Source of the DNA: Deltaproteobacteria bacterium
GTDB lineage: Bacteria > Myxococcota_A > UBA9160 > SMWR01
NCBI GenBank assembly: GCA_032128115.1
Contig: JAQBHB010000078.1
Span: forward strand, 1 to 64,000
Length of the DNA: 64,000 bases
Direction: 5' to 3'
Numbering within the stretch: position 1 is the first letter of the stretch; each line of letters starts with the position of its first letter. The notes beneath the pieces are model-generated. The model had not been told where the DNA came from. It did not search any database and saw nothing but the letters and a program-made list of their open reading frames with translations. Below, in pieces: positions 10,807-21,932 of this stretch. A program made the position numbers and the translations under genes.

Positions 10807-13800
10807 CTAGGGAGCGATCTGGGAGCCGTCGGCCGTCGCAGCCGTTTCGTGGACCCAGTCGAGCATGTGGTAGAGCTCGATGCCGTCGAACGGGAAGAAG
10901 TTGTAGTTCACCCGATCGAAGTCCCGCTCGCGGCCGATCTGGCCAAGCACGTCGCGGCGCTCCGGCAGGTTGTTCTCGTCGTCGAACGATCGGGTGATCC
11001 GACCCGTCACCACCAGCTCTCCCTGCTCGGCCAGCTCGTCGAGCCCTGCCTGCTGCAGCAGGGTCGCCAGCACTGCAGGCTCGTAGCTGCCCCCGACGCG
11101 ATTGTTGGCCTGGTAGAGCGCCTCCACCAGGGCGGTGAGCCGCTGCTCCCGATCCTCGGCATGGCGGGCCCGATCAAGGGCGGCAAGCGCGCGCCCCGAT
11201 CCCAGCACGGACGACCGCAGGCGCACGCCCGTAGCGCGAGCGGCGCGGATGCGCTGCTTGGGCGGCCCCACGGTCATGGCCCAGCGCCGGCGCTCGAGAT
11301 CGTCGTGACTCACACCGAGTGTCCTGGACAGCAGCTCCCAGTGCCGCTCGGGGCTCGTCTCCAACAACCGCGCAAGGGCGCCGGAAAAGAGATGGACGCG
11401 TCCGCTCACCAGCAACTGGGTCCAGCGCCCCGTCTCCTCTCCGCTCACTTCCCAGTCCCGGGCCGAGAAATCGCTGGCCAGATAAGGGCGGTCGCCGGCG
11501 AAGCCCGCCAGCGAGCGGTAGTACCGATCGAACTCGTCGCTGTGAGCGTTCAGGTCCGTGACGCTCCAGTCGACCGTCACGATGGGGCCCGCCTCACCCG
11601 GCGCGCCCACCAGGCCGCGCACGGTGAGGTCGTGGGTCTCGCCATTGTCGAGAATCTTCCAGGTGAAGCGCCGCCGGCGCTCGGACTGGAACTCCCGGTG
11701 GAAGACACGACCCTCCGCGTCGCGCAGCTCGATGCGATCGTCGCGACCGCGGAAATTCATGTTGGCCAGGATCATGCGCCAGCTGGTGTTGCGATGCTGG
11801 AATTCCACCTCGGCGCTGCTGGCGGAAGCCCCCGCGATCTCGTCGATGTTTCCGAATCTTCCGGTTCGCAGCATGCGGTCGAACAGCCTGGCTCCATCGC
11901 CGTAGGGGTCTGCGATGGCGTCCCCATCGATCTTCCAGGCCGTACCCGCGAACGAGCCCTTCGTGTCCGCCGCCTCCAGGAACGGGATCTCCACCACGGA
12001 CAGCTCCAGGAAGGCCCGAAAGCGGCGATCGACGAAATCCGGTTCATCGACCCACACGATCGGGTCCGCGCCCCGGTGGTCCACCACACTGCGCCGCATA
12101 CGAACCCAGTCGTAGGCGGCGTCGGCGCCCGCACCGGCGGGCGATGCCAGCTCGGTCGAGGGCCGCATGCGGAAGCCGGCACCGAACCAGTCGTCCCGGT
12201 ACAGCACGTACTTCTCCGGCAGCCGGCCCCGGCGCACGTCCAGGGGCAGCAGAAGGTTCAGCACCTGGGCGCCGGCTCCCAGGGCCAGCCGCCGCGTCGG
12301 CGCCGGATAGGCCACCGAGAAGTTCCGCATGAGCATGCCCTCGGCGAAGCCGATGTAGCCCAGGCCCACCCGCACGCCGAGTCCCAGGCTATCGCGCACG
12401 ATGTATTGATCGAAGAGACTCGTGGCATCCGGGTTCAGTGTCACTTCACGCGAGATCTTCAGCAGGATCTCCGGATTGACCACCAGTTTGCCGGTGATGT
12501 CCACGTCGCCCGGGCTCACCACGTCGACCGAGCCGATTGCCGCCTGTACTGCCTGCTTCAGGGCATCGCCCATGTACCCGGCCACGGGCCCGAACACTGC
12601 CTCCCAGTGGTGGCCGTAGTCCATGGACGAATCATCCCAGTGGGTCTGAACCAGCTCGCCTCTGACCACCGAGCCGTCGGCGGTGGTGAGGTACCGATCG
12701 ACGGGCATGAGATCGAACTCGTCCTCCAGATCGAACGCTTGCACGAACTGGTTGCGCCGGTTGATGAGCTTTTCCACGTAGAGGGGTCCGATACCGCCGG
12801 GCCAGTGTCCCAGGTTCACCGCATCCGCGATCTGCTCACGGGTGAGCTGAGCGATCAGGCGCGCCATCCACTTGGCGTCGGCGTAGGTCGCGTTGTGTTC
12901 CAGGCCACTGTCCTGCAGGTTCAAGTAGTTGAGTTCGATGCGCCCGCGGATCCAGCCGAAGAAGCGCGAGAAGGCACTGGTCTCCACCGCGTCCCAGGGG
13001 AACGCGCCCGGGCGTTCGGGCATCACCAGGCCCAGGGCGTGACCCAGATCGTGCTGGGTCAGGTACATCTGCCACTCCCCGGCCGCGTCGCGGCGGAGCG
13101 ACAGCTTGTTGTTCTCCTCGTCTTTGGCGTCGGCGCTTCCGATCCAGACGTTGTACAGAAACAGGCCACGGGCCTCGCGCATCACCTGGGCCATGCCCTG
13201 GCTGAAGCTGAAGAACCCGAGGCGCACGATCTCCGGGTTCCGGATCTCGGCAACGGTTTCGCGGAACACCACGTACTCGCCCTTCTCGTCCCAGCCGTGC
13301 CCCGCCTCGCCGGGAAGCATCACGCTCTCCATGGGGATGTAGAGATGCAGGCGTTGACGGTCGAAGTAGCCGGCCCAGTCGGCCTGAAGCTCGTCGAAGC
13401 TGGCGTCGCCCAGGTAGATCTTGATGTGGCGCAGGTACATGGAGACGTCCACGTTGAAGCCCAGGGCCGAAAGCAGCGCGTTTGCCACCGGGTCGGCCTG
13501 CGTTTCCATGCCGAACTTGAGTTTGAGCTTCTTGCGGCACCTTTTCTGCTTCGCTTTGCTCTTGCGCTTGCAGACCTCGTCGAGCCAGAAAACGTCGAGC
13601 TTGGGCTTGCTCTGGGTCTTGTGGGCCCCTTGATACACGAACTCGGCGCCCTCGAAGGACGGAAACGCGGTCTCGATCCCGGCGTGAACCGGATCGCTTC
13701 CGCCCAGGTAGTCGGACAGGATCTCGACGCTGGCGATGTCTTCCTTCTTGCGCCAGAAGGGCGACTCGGCCGGTGGGTCGATGGCCGACAGGTCCACGCC

Positions 13801-14385
13801 CTGGCGGAGCAGCCGTTTCAGGTCGCCAGGCGTGTAGAAGCCTCCGGTCTCCGCGTCCACCAGGTTGGTGGCCTCGCGCTTCGCCTGCCAGCTGCGCGAG
13901 CGGTTCGGGACGCTCCAATCGAGCACCATGTTCTTGAGGTGGACGGGCACCTTGAGGCTCGCCAACGGCTCCGTGTGGCTGCGGGTGGCGTACTCGAGCA
14001 TCAGGATCTGCGCGGCTAGATCGTAGGTCCGCGCCGGGTCGCGCGATGCCTCCAGGCGCTCCAGGAGATCCAGCAGGTGATCGAGCGCCACCACGGTGTC
14101 GCCGTTCTCGGCGTCGCGTGTCGCCTTGGCGGCGCTCCGGCCGCGCTCCACCTGTTCGTATTGGCTCACGTGCTCGATGATGAAGCGTCGCTTGCGCTCC
14201 ACGTGCTCGCGATAGGCCTGGATCTTCTCCGGCGAGGGCAACCACTCGCCGGACGGCGGCCCTGGCGTCAGCAGTTCGGCTTCGATGTCGTCGCGAAAGC
14301 CGTCGCCGTAGGGAACGGGGTTCAGCGCTGCCGCCGGAAGCGCCAGCGCCCACCCCAGCGCGACGGTCGCCAGGAGCGGCCGCAT
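10807..14385 (-). CDS. Large exported protein with atypical kinase-like domain (paralog 2, 1192 aa)
   Basis: Start MRPLLATVALGWALALPAAA (signal peptide); KLKFGMETQAD, WIGSADAKDEENN, QHDLGHALG; homologous along its length to 14397-17993. Confidence 0.7.
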   Translation of the reverse strand: MRPLLATVALGWALALPAAALNPVPYGDGFRDDIEAELLTPGPPSGEWLPSPEKIQAYREHVERKRRFIIEHVSQYEQVERGRSAAKATRDAENGDTVVALDHLLDLLERLEASRDPARTYDLAAQILMLEYATRSHTEPLASLKVPVHLKNMVLDWSVPNRSRSWQAKREATNLVDAETGGFYTPGDLKRLLRQGVDLSAIDPPAESPFWRKKEDIASVEILSDYLGGSDPVHAGIETAFPSFEGAEFVYQGAHKTQSKPKLDVFWLDEVCKRKSKAKQKRCRKKLKLKFGMETQADPVANALLSALGFNVDVSMYLRHIKIYLGDASFDELQADWAGYFDRQRLHLYIPMESVMLPGEAGHGWDEKGEYVVFRETVAEIRNPEIVRLGFFSFSQGMAQVMREARGLFLYNVWIGSADAKDEENNKLSLRRDAAGEWQMYLTQHDLGHALGLVMPERPGAFPWDAVETSAFSRFFGWIRGRIELNYLNLQDSGLEHNATYADAKWMARLIAQLTREQIADAVNLGHWPGGIGPLYVEKLINRRNQFVQAFDLEDEFDLMPVDRYLTTADGSVVRGELVQTHWDDSSMDYGHHWEAVFGPVAGYMGDALKQAVQAAIGSVDVVSPGDVDITGKLVVNPEILLKISREVTLNPDATSLFDQYIVRDSLGLGVRVGLGYIGFAEGMLMRNFSVAYPAPTRRLALGAGAQVLNLLLPLDVRRGRLPEKYVLYRDDWFGAGFRMRPSTELASPAGAGADAAYDWVRMRRSVVDHRGADPIVWVDEPDFVDRRFRAFLELSVVEIPFLEAADTKGSFAGTAWKIDGDAIADPYGDGARLFDRMLRTGRFGNIDEIAGASASSAEVEFQHRNTSWRMILANMNFRGRDDRIELRDAEGRVFHREFQSERRRRFTWKILDNGETHDLTVRGLVGAPGEAGPIVTVDWSVTDLNAHSDEFDRYYRSLAGFAGDRPYLASDFSARDWEVSGEETGRWTQLLVSGRVHLFSGALARLLETSPERHWELLSRTLGVSHDDLERRRWAMTVGPPKQRIRAARATGVRLRSSVLGSGRALAALDRARHAEDREQRLTALVEALYQANNRVGGSYEPAVLATLLQQAGLDELAEQGELVVTGRITRSFDDENNLPERRDVLGQIGRERDFDRVNYNFFPFDGIELYHMLDWVHETAATADGSQIAP

Positions 14386-14396
14386 GATTCCAGGCA

Positions 14397-17300
14397 CTAG
14401 GGCCTGCTCACAGGCGGGCTGCCCTTGCTCGCCTCCGGAAAGTCGTCGAGCATCTCGTAGACCTGAGCCGGGCCCCATGGATCGAAGATCAGCTCTGGGC
14501 GGTAAGGCTTCACCGCCTTCACCCCGTTCTGGGCCACCAGGTCCACCTTGCCCACCAGGCGATTTTCGCGGAATCCCGGCGGTGCGATCTGCGCCCGGAT
14601 CGAGACGTGCTCGGCTCCGATCAGCCCGATCAGGGTTCCCAGGATCCTGGGATCGTAGCCGGCGCCCCGCCGGTAGGATGCGTGCCGCAGGACGTCGATC
14701 ACTCCCATCATGGCGTCGGACGGGTCGCCGCCCTCGCGTGCCCGTTCCAGCGCGGCCACCAGCCGCTGGGAGCGCAGGAGCGGGATCCGGATGCGAGCCG
14801 GCACGCTGAGACGCGAGCCCTGGCGACGCTTCCCCTTCACGTCGAGTCGCCTCAGATATCGGTCCAGCTCGCTGGGCCGCAGCCGCAGCGTCTTCGCGAT
14901 GGCAGGCCACCAGGTATCGGGCCCGATGGCGCTCAGGCGTTCGATGGCGGTGCGCCCGAAGCCCACCTGGACCCGTGCCTCCAGGTCGCCCCACAGCTGG
15001 TTTACGCTGTGTTCCTCGGGGCTAAAGGCGATGAGCCGATGCTCGGGATCCTCTTCGCCCCCCGTGGCCAACGCATTCACGAAGCGAACGTAGCCGTCGC
15101 CCAGCTCGTCGCTGTGTGTGTTGAGGTCGTGGATCACATAGTTCGCCACGATGGCCTGGGTCTCGATCTCCTCGGTGTCCAGGTCGATCGGAGCCACGGC
15201 TCCGATCCGGAAGCGGTACTGCTCGCCATTGTCGAAGAACGACCAGAACCCGCCACTCTCCACCGTGTACTGGGCGAAGTGCTCCGTCGCGAAATCCGGC
15301 GCCGGGTAGTGCACGATCACGTCGTCGTAGCGTGCCTTTCCGGCATAGCCGAAGAACATGAGGAAGCCCGCCCAGCGCCGGAGATCACTGAATTGCGACT
15401 CCAGACGCACAGGGCGCACATGCTGCTCGATGTTCCTGAACTCCCCCGAGTTCACCAGGGCCACAAGCGCATCCGCCATGGCGGGATTGCGATCCACCTC
15501 GGTGGCGGGAACGACGTAGAACTTGCCAACCAGGTGGCCGTGGCTGGCCTCGCCCTTGATGACCGGAATGCGCACGAACACGAGCTTCAGGAAGGCGGTG
15601 GAGGCGGTCGAGTCCTCGATGGAGTGATCCTCGAGAATGCGATACTCGCCGTGCTTCCGGGACAGCACGTCCCGGGACAGCCAGGCCCGCGCCGAGGTCG
15701 CATCCACGCCCACGGGGCTGCTGCCGCCGCTGGCGTCGTCCGTGGTGACCCGCAAGCGCATGTCCACGTAGCTCTCCCGGATCAGCGCAAACTCCTCCGG
15801 CACGCGCCCCGTGTGCACGTTGTACGGCAGCAGGAAATCCGTGATGCGACCGCCCGCGTGGCGCGCTTCCTTCTTGGTGCCGGCGGGCTGAACCAGGGTG
15901 TACTTGCGCCAATAGGTGAGTTCGCCGCGCCCTATGACGCCGGCGCCGATCCGGATTCCCAGGAGCCAGACATCCTGGGTGAGGAAGTGATCGTGAGACG
16001 AGGTGGGGTTCGGGTTTTCCACCACGATGCGCCGCAGGCCCACGGGCATCTCGATCACGACTCCGGCGGCCAGCCCGATGGACGCCTTGTCGAACACGAC
16101 CTCGGCCACGCTGCCCACGCTGCCCTGGATCAGACCCGTGGCGGTCAGGACCACCGCCTCCCACACGGGGCCCAGCAGCTCTTCCCAGTAGTTCGCGAAC
16201 TCCTGGGTGGAGCCGGCAAATGCGCTCTTCACCAGCTCCCCGTCCACTACGGCGCCGTCCGCCGTGGTGAGGCGGCGGTCGGCCGGAATCAGGCGAATCG
16301 GACCCGACGGCGTGGACTCTCCCTCCAGCGCAAAGGCCTCCACCAGCTGGTTGCGGCGGTAGATCAGCTTTTCCGTCAGCAGGATTCCCACCGGTTCTGG
16401 CCAGCCCCCCAACACCACGGCCTCCTCGATCTGCTTCCGCGTCAGCTGGGCGATCAGGCGCACCATCCAGCGAGCGTCGGCATAGGTGGAGTGGTTGCGC
16501 AGGCTGGTGGGCTGCACGCTGTGGTAGTTGAGCTTGATCTTTCCGGTGAGGCTGCGGTCCACCAGATCCCAGGGAAAGGCGTCCACCTGCTCGTCGATGA
16601 TGCGCCCCAGGGCGTGGCCCACGTCGTGCTGCACGTGGTAGAGACGGCGCTCCCCGCCGGGCAGCTCGCGCAGCACCAGCTTGTTGTTCTCGGCCTCCTT
16701 CACGTCGGTATTTCCCACCCAGACCGTGAGAATCGCGAGCCCCCGGACTTCGCGTTTGCCCTCGTTGCCGTTGTCACCAAACGGCCACGGACCCAGCCGG
16801 ACCAACTCCTTGGGTCGCGTCTCGAGGACCCCCTCCCGTGCGATCAGGTAGGCGCCCCGTTCGTCGCGCCCCTCGGTGAAGTAGTCATCGAAGCGGTAGC
16901 TCAGATGCGTGCGGTGGTCGCTGAAGTACGTGCGCCACTCGTTGCGAATTTCCTCCACGGACGAGTCACCCAGGTTTACACGCAGGTCCTCCACATAGTG
17001 GGTCACGTCCACGTTGAAGCCCAGCGCGCTCATGAGCGCGCCGATGGTGGGCTCCGAGTGGATCTCGCCCCCGACCTTGAGCTTGTACTCCTGCTTGTTC
17101 TTCTTGCCGTGCCGGACGTAGATTTCGAACTTGGGCTTGGTCTGGGTGGTTCGGATGCCCTCCAGCTCTGCCTCGCTCGACGGGAAGCGACTCATGATGC
17201 CCTCGTGCATCGAATCGCCACCGCCGTAGAACTCCTCGCTCATTTCCACGGACGAGATTTCACCCGGATCTCGCCAGGTGCTGGAGTCCGGTGGCGGGCC

Positions 17301-17993
17301 CAGCGCCGACAGGTCGGCGCCCGCCTGGATCAGGGTGCGCAGATCGGCTGCGTCGTAGAAGCGTCCGGTCTTTGAGTCGTAGAGGTTCGTGGCCTCCCGG
17401 TCGGCGTCGCGCGCCTCGGTGCCGGACGGAACCGTCCAGGTCTTGATGCTCATCCAGGTGAGATAGTCGAGCAGGGTGAGGCTGAAGAGGCGCTCGCCCT
17501 CGACCTTGAGTGCGTAGTCGATCTCCAGGATCCGGCCCGCCAGCAATCGGCTCCGCACGGGGTCGGTCTCGCGCGCAAGCTGCACCAGGAAACCCGACGG
17601 CTGGCCCTCTTCCAGGAGCAGCAGGTCATAGATCTCCACGATCTTCTTCTTCCCGGCCTTCTTCGTGGCCTTGGACGGCTTCTGGCCCCGGGCGATGCGA
17701 TCGGCCACCGCCACCGAGAGCGCCTCATCGCGGCGCTGGACCAGATCTGCGCGGTAGTCGGAAAGCTTCGAGGGCGAGAGCCGCCCCTCGTAGAAGAAGG
17801 TGTCCTCCACGCGCCTGGCGAACTTCTCTGTGAAGGGAAGGTCCGACTCCGCCCGCACGGGAGCCGGCGCGATCCACAGCAGCAGGATTGCAAGGACGGC
17901 GGCTGATGCCGCTCCTAGGCGGGAAATCTCCCGACGCTCACTGCGCAGCGGAGGCGAATGCGGGTCGCAGCGTGAAGAAATGGACGAGTTCAT
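14397..17993 (-). CDS. Large exported protein with atypical kinase-like domain (paralog 1)
   Basis: Signal-like AAVLAILLLWIAPAPVRA; KLKVGGEIHSE, WVGNTDVKEAENN, QHDVGHALG; start codon uncertain. Confidence 0.7.
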   Translation of the reverse strand: MNSSISSRCDPHSPPLRSERREISRLGAASAAVLAILLLWIAPAPVRAESDLPFTEKFARRVEDTFFYEGRLSPSKLSDYRADLVQRRDEALSVAVADRIARGQKPSKATKKAGKKKIVEIYDLLLLEEGQPSGFLVQLARETDPVRSRLLAGRILEIDYALKVEGERLFSLTLLDYLTWMSIKTWTVPSGTEARDADREATNLYDSKTGRFYDAADLRTLIQAGADLSALGPPPDSSTWRDPGEISSVEMSEEFYGGGDSMHEGIMSRFPSSEAELEGIRTTQTKPKFEIYVRHGKKNKQEYKLKVGGEIHSEPTIGALMSALGFNVDVTHYVEDLRVNLGDSSVEEIRNEWRTYFSDHRTHLSYRFDDYFTEGRDERGAYLIAREGVLETRPKELVRLGPWPFGDNGNEGKREVRGLAILTVWVGNTDVKEAENNKLVLRELPGGERRLYHVQHDVGHALGRIIDEQVDAFPWDLVDRSLTGKIKLNYHSVQPTSLRNHSTYADARWMVRLIAQLTRKQIEEAVVLGGWPEPVGILLTEKLIYRRNQLVEAFALEGESTPSGPIRLIPADRRLTTADGAVVDGELVKSAFAGSTQEFANYWEELLGPVWEAVVLTATGLIQGSVGSVAEVVFDKASIGLAAGVVIEMPVGLRRIVVENPNPTSSHDHFLTQDVWLLGIRIGAGVIGRGELTYWRKYTLVQPAGTKKEARHAGGRITDFLLPYNVHTGRVPEEFALIRESYVDMRLRVTTDDASGGSSPVGVDATSARAWLSRDVLSRKHGEYRILEDHSIEDSTASTAFLKLVFVRIPVIKGEASHGHLVGKFYVVPATEVDRNPAMADALVALVNSGEFRNIEQHVRPVRLESQFSDLRRWAGFLMFFGYAGKARYDDVIVHYPAPDFATEHFAQYTVESGGFWSFFDNGEQYRFRIGAVAPIDLDTEEIETQAIVANYVIHDLNTHSDELGDGYVRFVNALATGGEEDPEHRLIAFSPEEHSVNQLWGDLEARVQVGFGRTAIERLSAIGPDTWWPAIAKTLRLRPSELDRYLRRLDVKGKRRQGSRLSVPARIRIPLLRSQRLVAALERAREGGDPSDAMMGVIDVLRHASYRRGAGYDPRILGTLIGLIGAEHVSIRAQIAPPGFRENRLVGKVDLVAQNGVKAVKPYRPELIFDPWGPAQVYEMLDDFPEASKGSPPVSRP

Positions 17994-20337
17994 CGAAGGC
18001 GGCGCCGAAGCTGCTGTTCACCCCGCTCAGCGCGACACGCGACCCCGGGTCGATCCGGATGTCGCGATGATTGTCGGAGAAGTGTCCACCGCTGATGCGG
18101 CCAAAGGCAGCTCCGAAGATCGGCTTGTCCCGGTAGAGGGACAGGCCCACCTGGTTATCGATGATCTCGGTGCGGATCAGCTCGACCCGCGAACCTTCCT
18201 TGGACGCGACCGCGATCTTCGAGCGTTCGATCCGGGAGTCCGCGATCCGGGCCACGCTTCCCTCTCCCGCGCTCACGGCCTTGTCGGCCATGCCGCTGAA
18301 GGTGCAATCCCAGACCCGCACGGAGGAGCCGGCCAGGTCGAGGCCATCGTCGCCGTTGTCGGCGAAGACGCTCTCGCGCACCGAGCCCCGCGCCCACTCG
18401 ACGTCGAAGCCGTCCAGGGCATTGCCCACGAACCGGCTGCGCGAAACCTCGAAGCTCCCTCGCTTGGCGCTCACACCCTCGCCACCGGTGGCGTCGGTGA
18501 TTTCCGCGTTGCGCAGCTCGAAATCGGAGGCATTGAAGGCCAGCTGCCCGGAGAGCTCGACGCCCCCCACGCGATCCGCCGAACCGCCGCGCACCACCAC
18601 ATGATCCAGGCGCGAAACCTCGGGGGCGTGAACCACGCCGACCGCCCCCCAGGGCTCGCCGCGCTCGGCCCGCTCGATCCGGATCGGCTGCACCGCTGTG
18701 CCCTCGGCGGTAAGCCCGCGGAAGGTGAGAATGCTCACCCCCCCGTTCAGCCGCAGCGTCACGCCGGGCGAAAGGGTCAGCCGGAAGCGCGCCGGGATGA
18801 TCAGGTCTTCCCTCAGGCGGTACGAACCCGCCGGCAGCACCAGCTCGTCGCCGCGAATCTGGAAGGGCAACCCGGTCGCCTGCAGATCCGGATCGCTGCT
18901 GGGCTCGCCAAAGGCCGATTCCGACGGGGCGAGGGACCACGGGCTCTCGTTCGGGCCGCCGGCAACCGCGCGGGAATAGCCGGCGTCGAGAACTCCGCGC
19001 TGGGAAGCCATCTGCCATCGGTCGACGTCGGGCCCGGTCGCCACGGCGCGTACGTATCCCTCCCCGGCGTCCCGCCTGTCCCGATCGCGAAAGCCGTCGG
19101 AGCCCCCCACCAGGGCGAGCCCTGAATCGCTCTCGATCGCAGCGGGCGCCAGAATGCGCCGCAGCCGGTCCGCGTTGTGGGCCAGGACGGCGTTCGCCTC
19201 GCGCTGACGCCTCACCAGCTCGCGCCGGCGCGGAACCTGGGGCCAGAGATCTGCAGTTCGCGCCAGCCGGGGCAGCAGGGCCGCGAAACGATCGTCGGTG
19301 GCCTCGGCCACGTTGAAGGCCGGGTCGCTCAGCAGGGCCCACAGGGCGCGATTGCGCTTCTCGCGATAGCGCGGGATCCGGAACAGGCGCGTGCCGATGG
19401 GCGACAGGTGGGTTTCGGCAAACGACGCGTAGCTGATAGGCACGGCGTGCCGACCCAGTTCGGTGAGCACGGGCTCGAACAACCCTGTCACCGGGTCGTG
19501 ATACCACTGGGTACCCTCACCCACGTCCGCACTGGGGCTGCCGAACAGCCAGGCCAACGCGTTCCACGCGATGTACTTCTCCACGTTCAGGAGCTGGCCG
19601 ACCTCGGTAGCGAACTCCGCGTCGCTGCCCTGGCGCGCCACTTCGACCAGCCGGCCGAGATTCCTGGCCTCTGCACCGCGCGCGGCGCCCTCGTCCGGCG
19701 CGAAAGGCTGGCGGGCCAGCTCCACCCGGCGCACCGACTTCGCGGCCCTGCCTGCAGCCACGGCGTCCGCGTCCACGGCGTAGACAGCCCCGTTGTCGTA
19801 CCCGAGGCGCATGAGCATCGCGTTGCTGCGGCCTTCGGTCCAGCGCACGACTCCCTCGGGAGAACCGTTGATCTCGAGGGTCGCGAAGCCGTTGGGCGCG
19901 GCGAGCAGGCCGAGCTTCCGGGCGCGCTCACTGGCCACCACGGCGCCCGCGTCCGACTCGTCGCGAGCCAGCGCCAGGGTCACATCGCGCATGCCCCGGA
20001 AGGGCTCGCTGCCGTGGAAGTGCACGGTCCACACCGGGCGATCCCGGTCCCCCTCCCGCTCGAGGGCGATCTCCACATCGTACACCCGACCCTCGGCAGC
20101 GAACCGCGCCGGGATCCATCGCCGATACCTGTGGTCGCGGGAAGCGTGGTCCCCGGAAGCCAGCGATGAAGCCGACGAGATCCCGGCGTACTGCGCCGGA
20201 TCCGCGTGCAGGACGTAGTGGTCGACCGGCGCGGCCTCGGAGGCCACTCGCGTCGCCGCCATCCCTACGCACACCGCGATCGCACACGCCGCAAGGGCAG
20301 TGGCGAAAATCACGGATCTACGTCGCGCTCCGGACAA
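17938..20337 (-). CDS. Exported CotH-kinase-like domain plus right-handed beta-helix protein
   Basis: TTG start after GAGGTG; hydrophobic leader; LEINGSPEG, NVEKYIAWNALAWLFG, WYHDPVTGLFEPV; C-terminal DGFD/DGLD/DKAVSAGE beta-helix repeats. Confidence 0.7.
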   Translation of the reverse strand: MSGARRRSVIFATALAACAIAVCVGMAATRVASEAAPVDHYVLHADPAQYAGISSASSLASGDHASRDHRYRRWIPARFAAEGRVYDVEIALEREGDRDRPVWTVHFHGSEPFRGMRDVTLALARDESDAGAVVASERARKLGLLAAPNGFATLEINGSPEGVVRWTEGRSNAMLMRLGYDNGAVYAVDADAVAAGRAAKSVRRVELARQPFAPDEGAARGAEARNLGRLVEVARQGSDAEFATEVGQLLNVEKYIAWNALAWLFGSPSADVGEGTQWYHDPVTGLFEPVLTELGRHAVPISYASFAETHLSPIGTRLFRIPRYREKRNRALWALLSDPAFNVAEATDDRFAALLPRLARTADLWPQVPRRRELVRRQREANAVLAHNADRLRRILAPAAIESDSGLALVGGSDGFRDRDRRDAGEGYVRAVATGPDVDRWQMASQRGVLDAGYSRAVAGGPNESPWSLAPSESAFGEPSSDPDLQATGLPFQIRGDELVLPAGSYRLREDLIIPARFRLTLSPGVTLRLNGGVSILTFRGLTAEGTAVQPIRIERAERGEPWGAVGVVHAPEVSRLDHVVVRGGSADRVGGVELSGQLAFNASDFELRNAEITDATGGEGVSAKRGSFEVSRSRFVGNALDGFDVEWARGSVRESVFADNGDDGLDLAGSSVRVWDCTFSGMADKAVSAGEGSVARIADSRIERSKIAVASKEGSRVELIRTEIIDNQVGLSLYRDKPIFGAAFGRISGGHFSDNHRDIRIDPGSRVALSGVNSSFGAAFDELVHFFTLRPAFASAAQ

Positions 20338-20733
20338 GAGTCGCACCTCTTTCTGCTCGGCCCATGGGGTTCGGATGCGCGATCCTAACAGGCATCGCGG
20401 ATTCTTGTCAGCAGTTGCCCGCCGTTCGATGCACCCGACCCGGCGGCGTTGCAACCCCTCCGGGAACCGGCAACTCAATCCCCTGACGTGGTGAGACAAT
20501 GCTTGATTCGATGAAATCCCGCTCGCTCGCCCTGTCTCGAGGTGGGTGCCCCGCAGGGAAAGAATGGTGTGTTTTTCACCCCATTATTCGAGCTCCTGAG
20601 CAGGAAGCCCCTCCGGGGCCTGCCATGGCTGCCGATCGGTGATGGGAGCGGAAACGCGGGTGACTCGCAGTCAGCCGTGTCCGGGAGGCGCGGGTTAGAA
20701 TTCCCCGCCAGTACCTGGAGGAAGCCCCGCACC

Positions 20734-21921
<1,188 letters not shown>

Positions 21922-21932
21922 GGAATCAAGCG

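Noticed and set aside
10732..14019. 1095-aa plus-strand ORF (also 14607-17375 +, 40421-43177 -, 50755-52998 +, 38020-40020 -)
   Set aside because: Antisense shadows of real genes in high-GC DNA; no motifs and atypical composition
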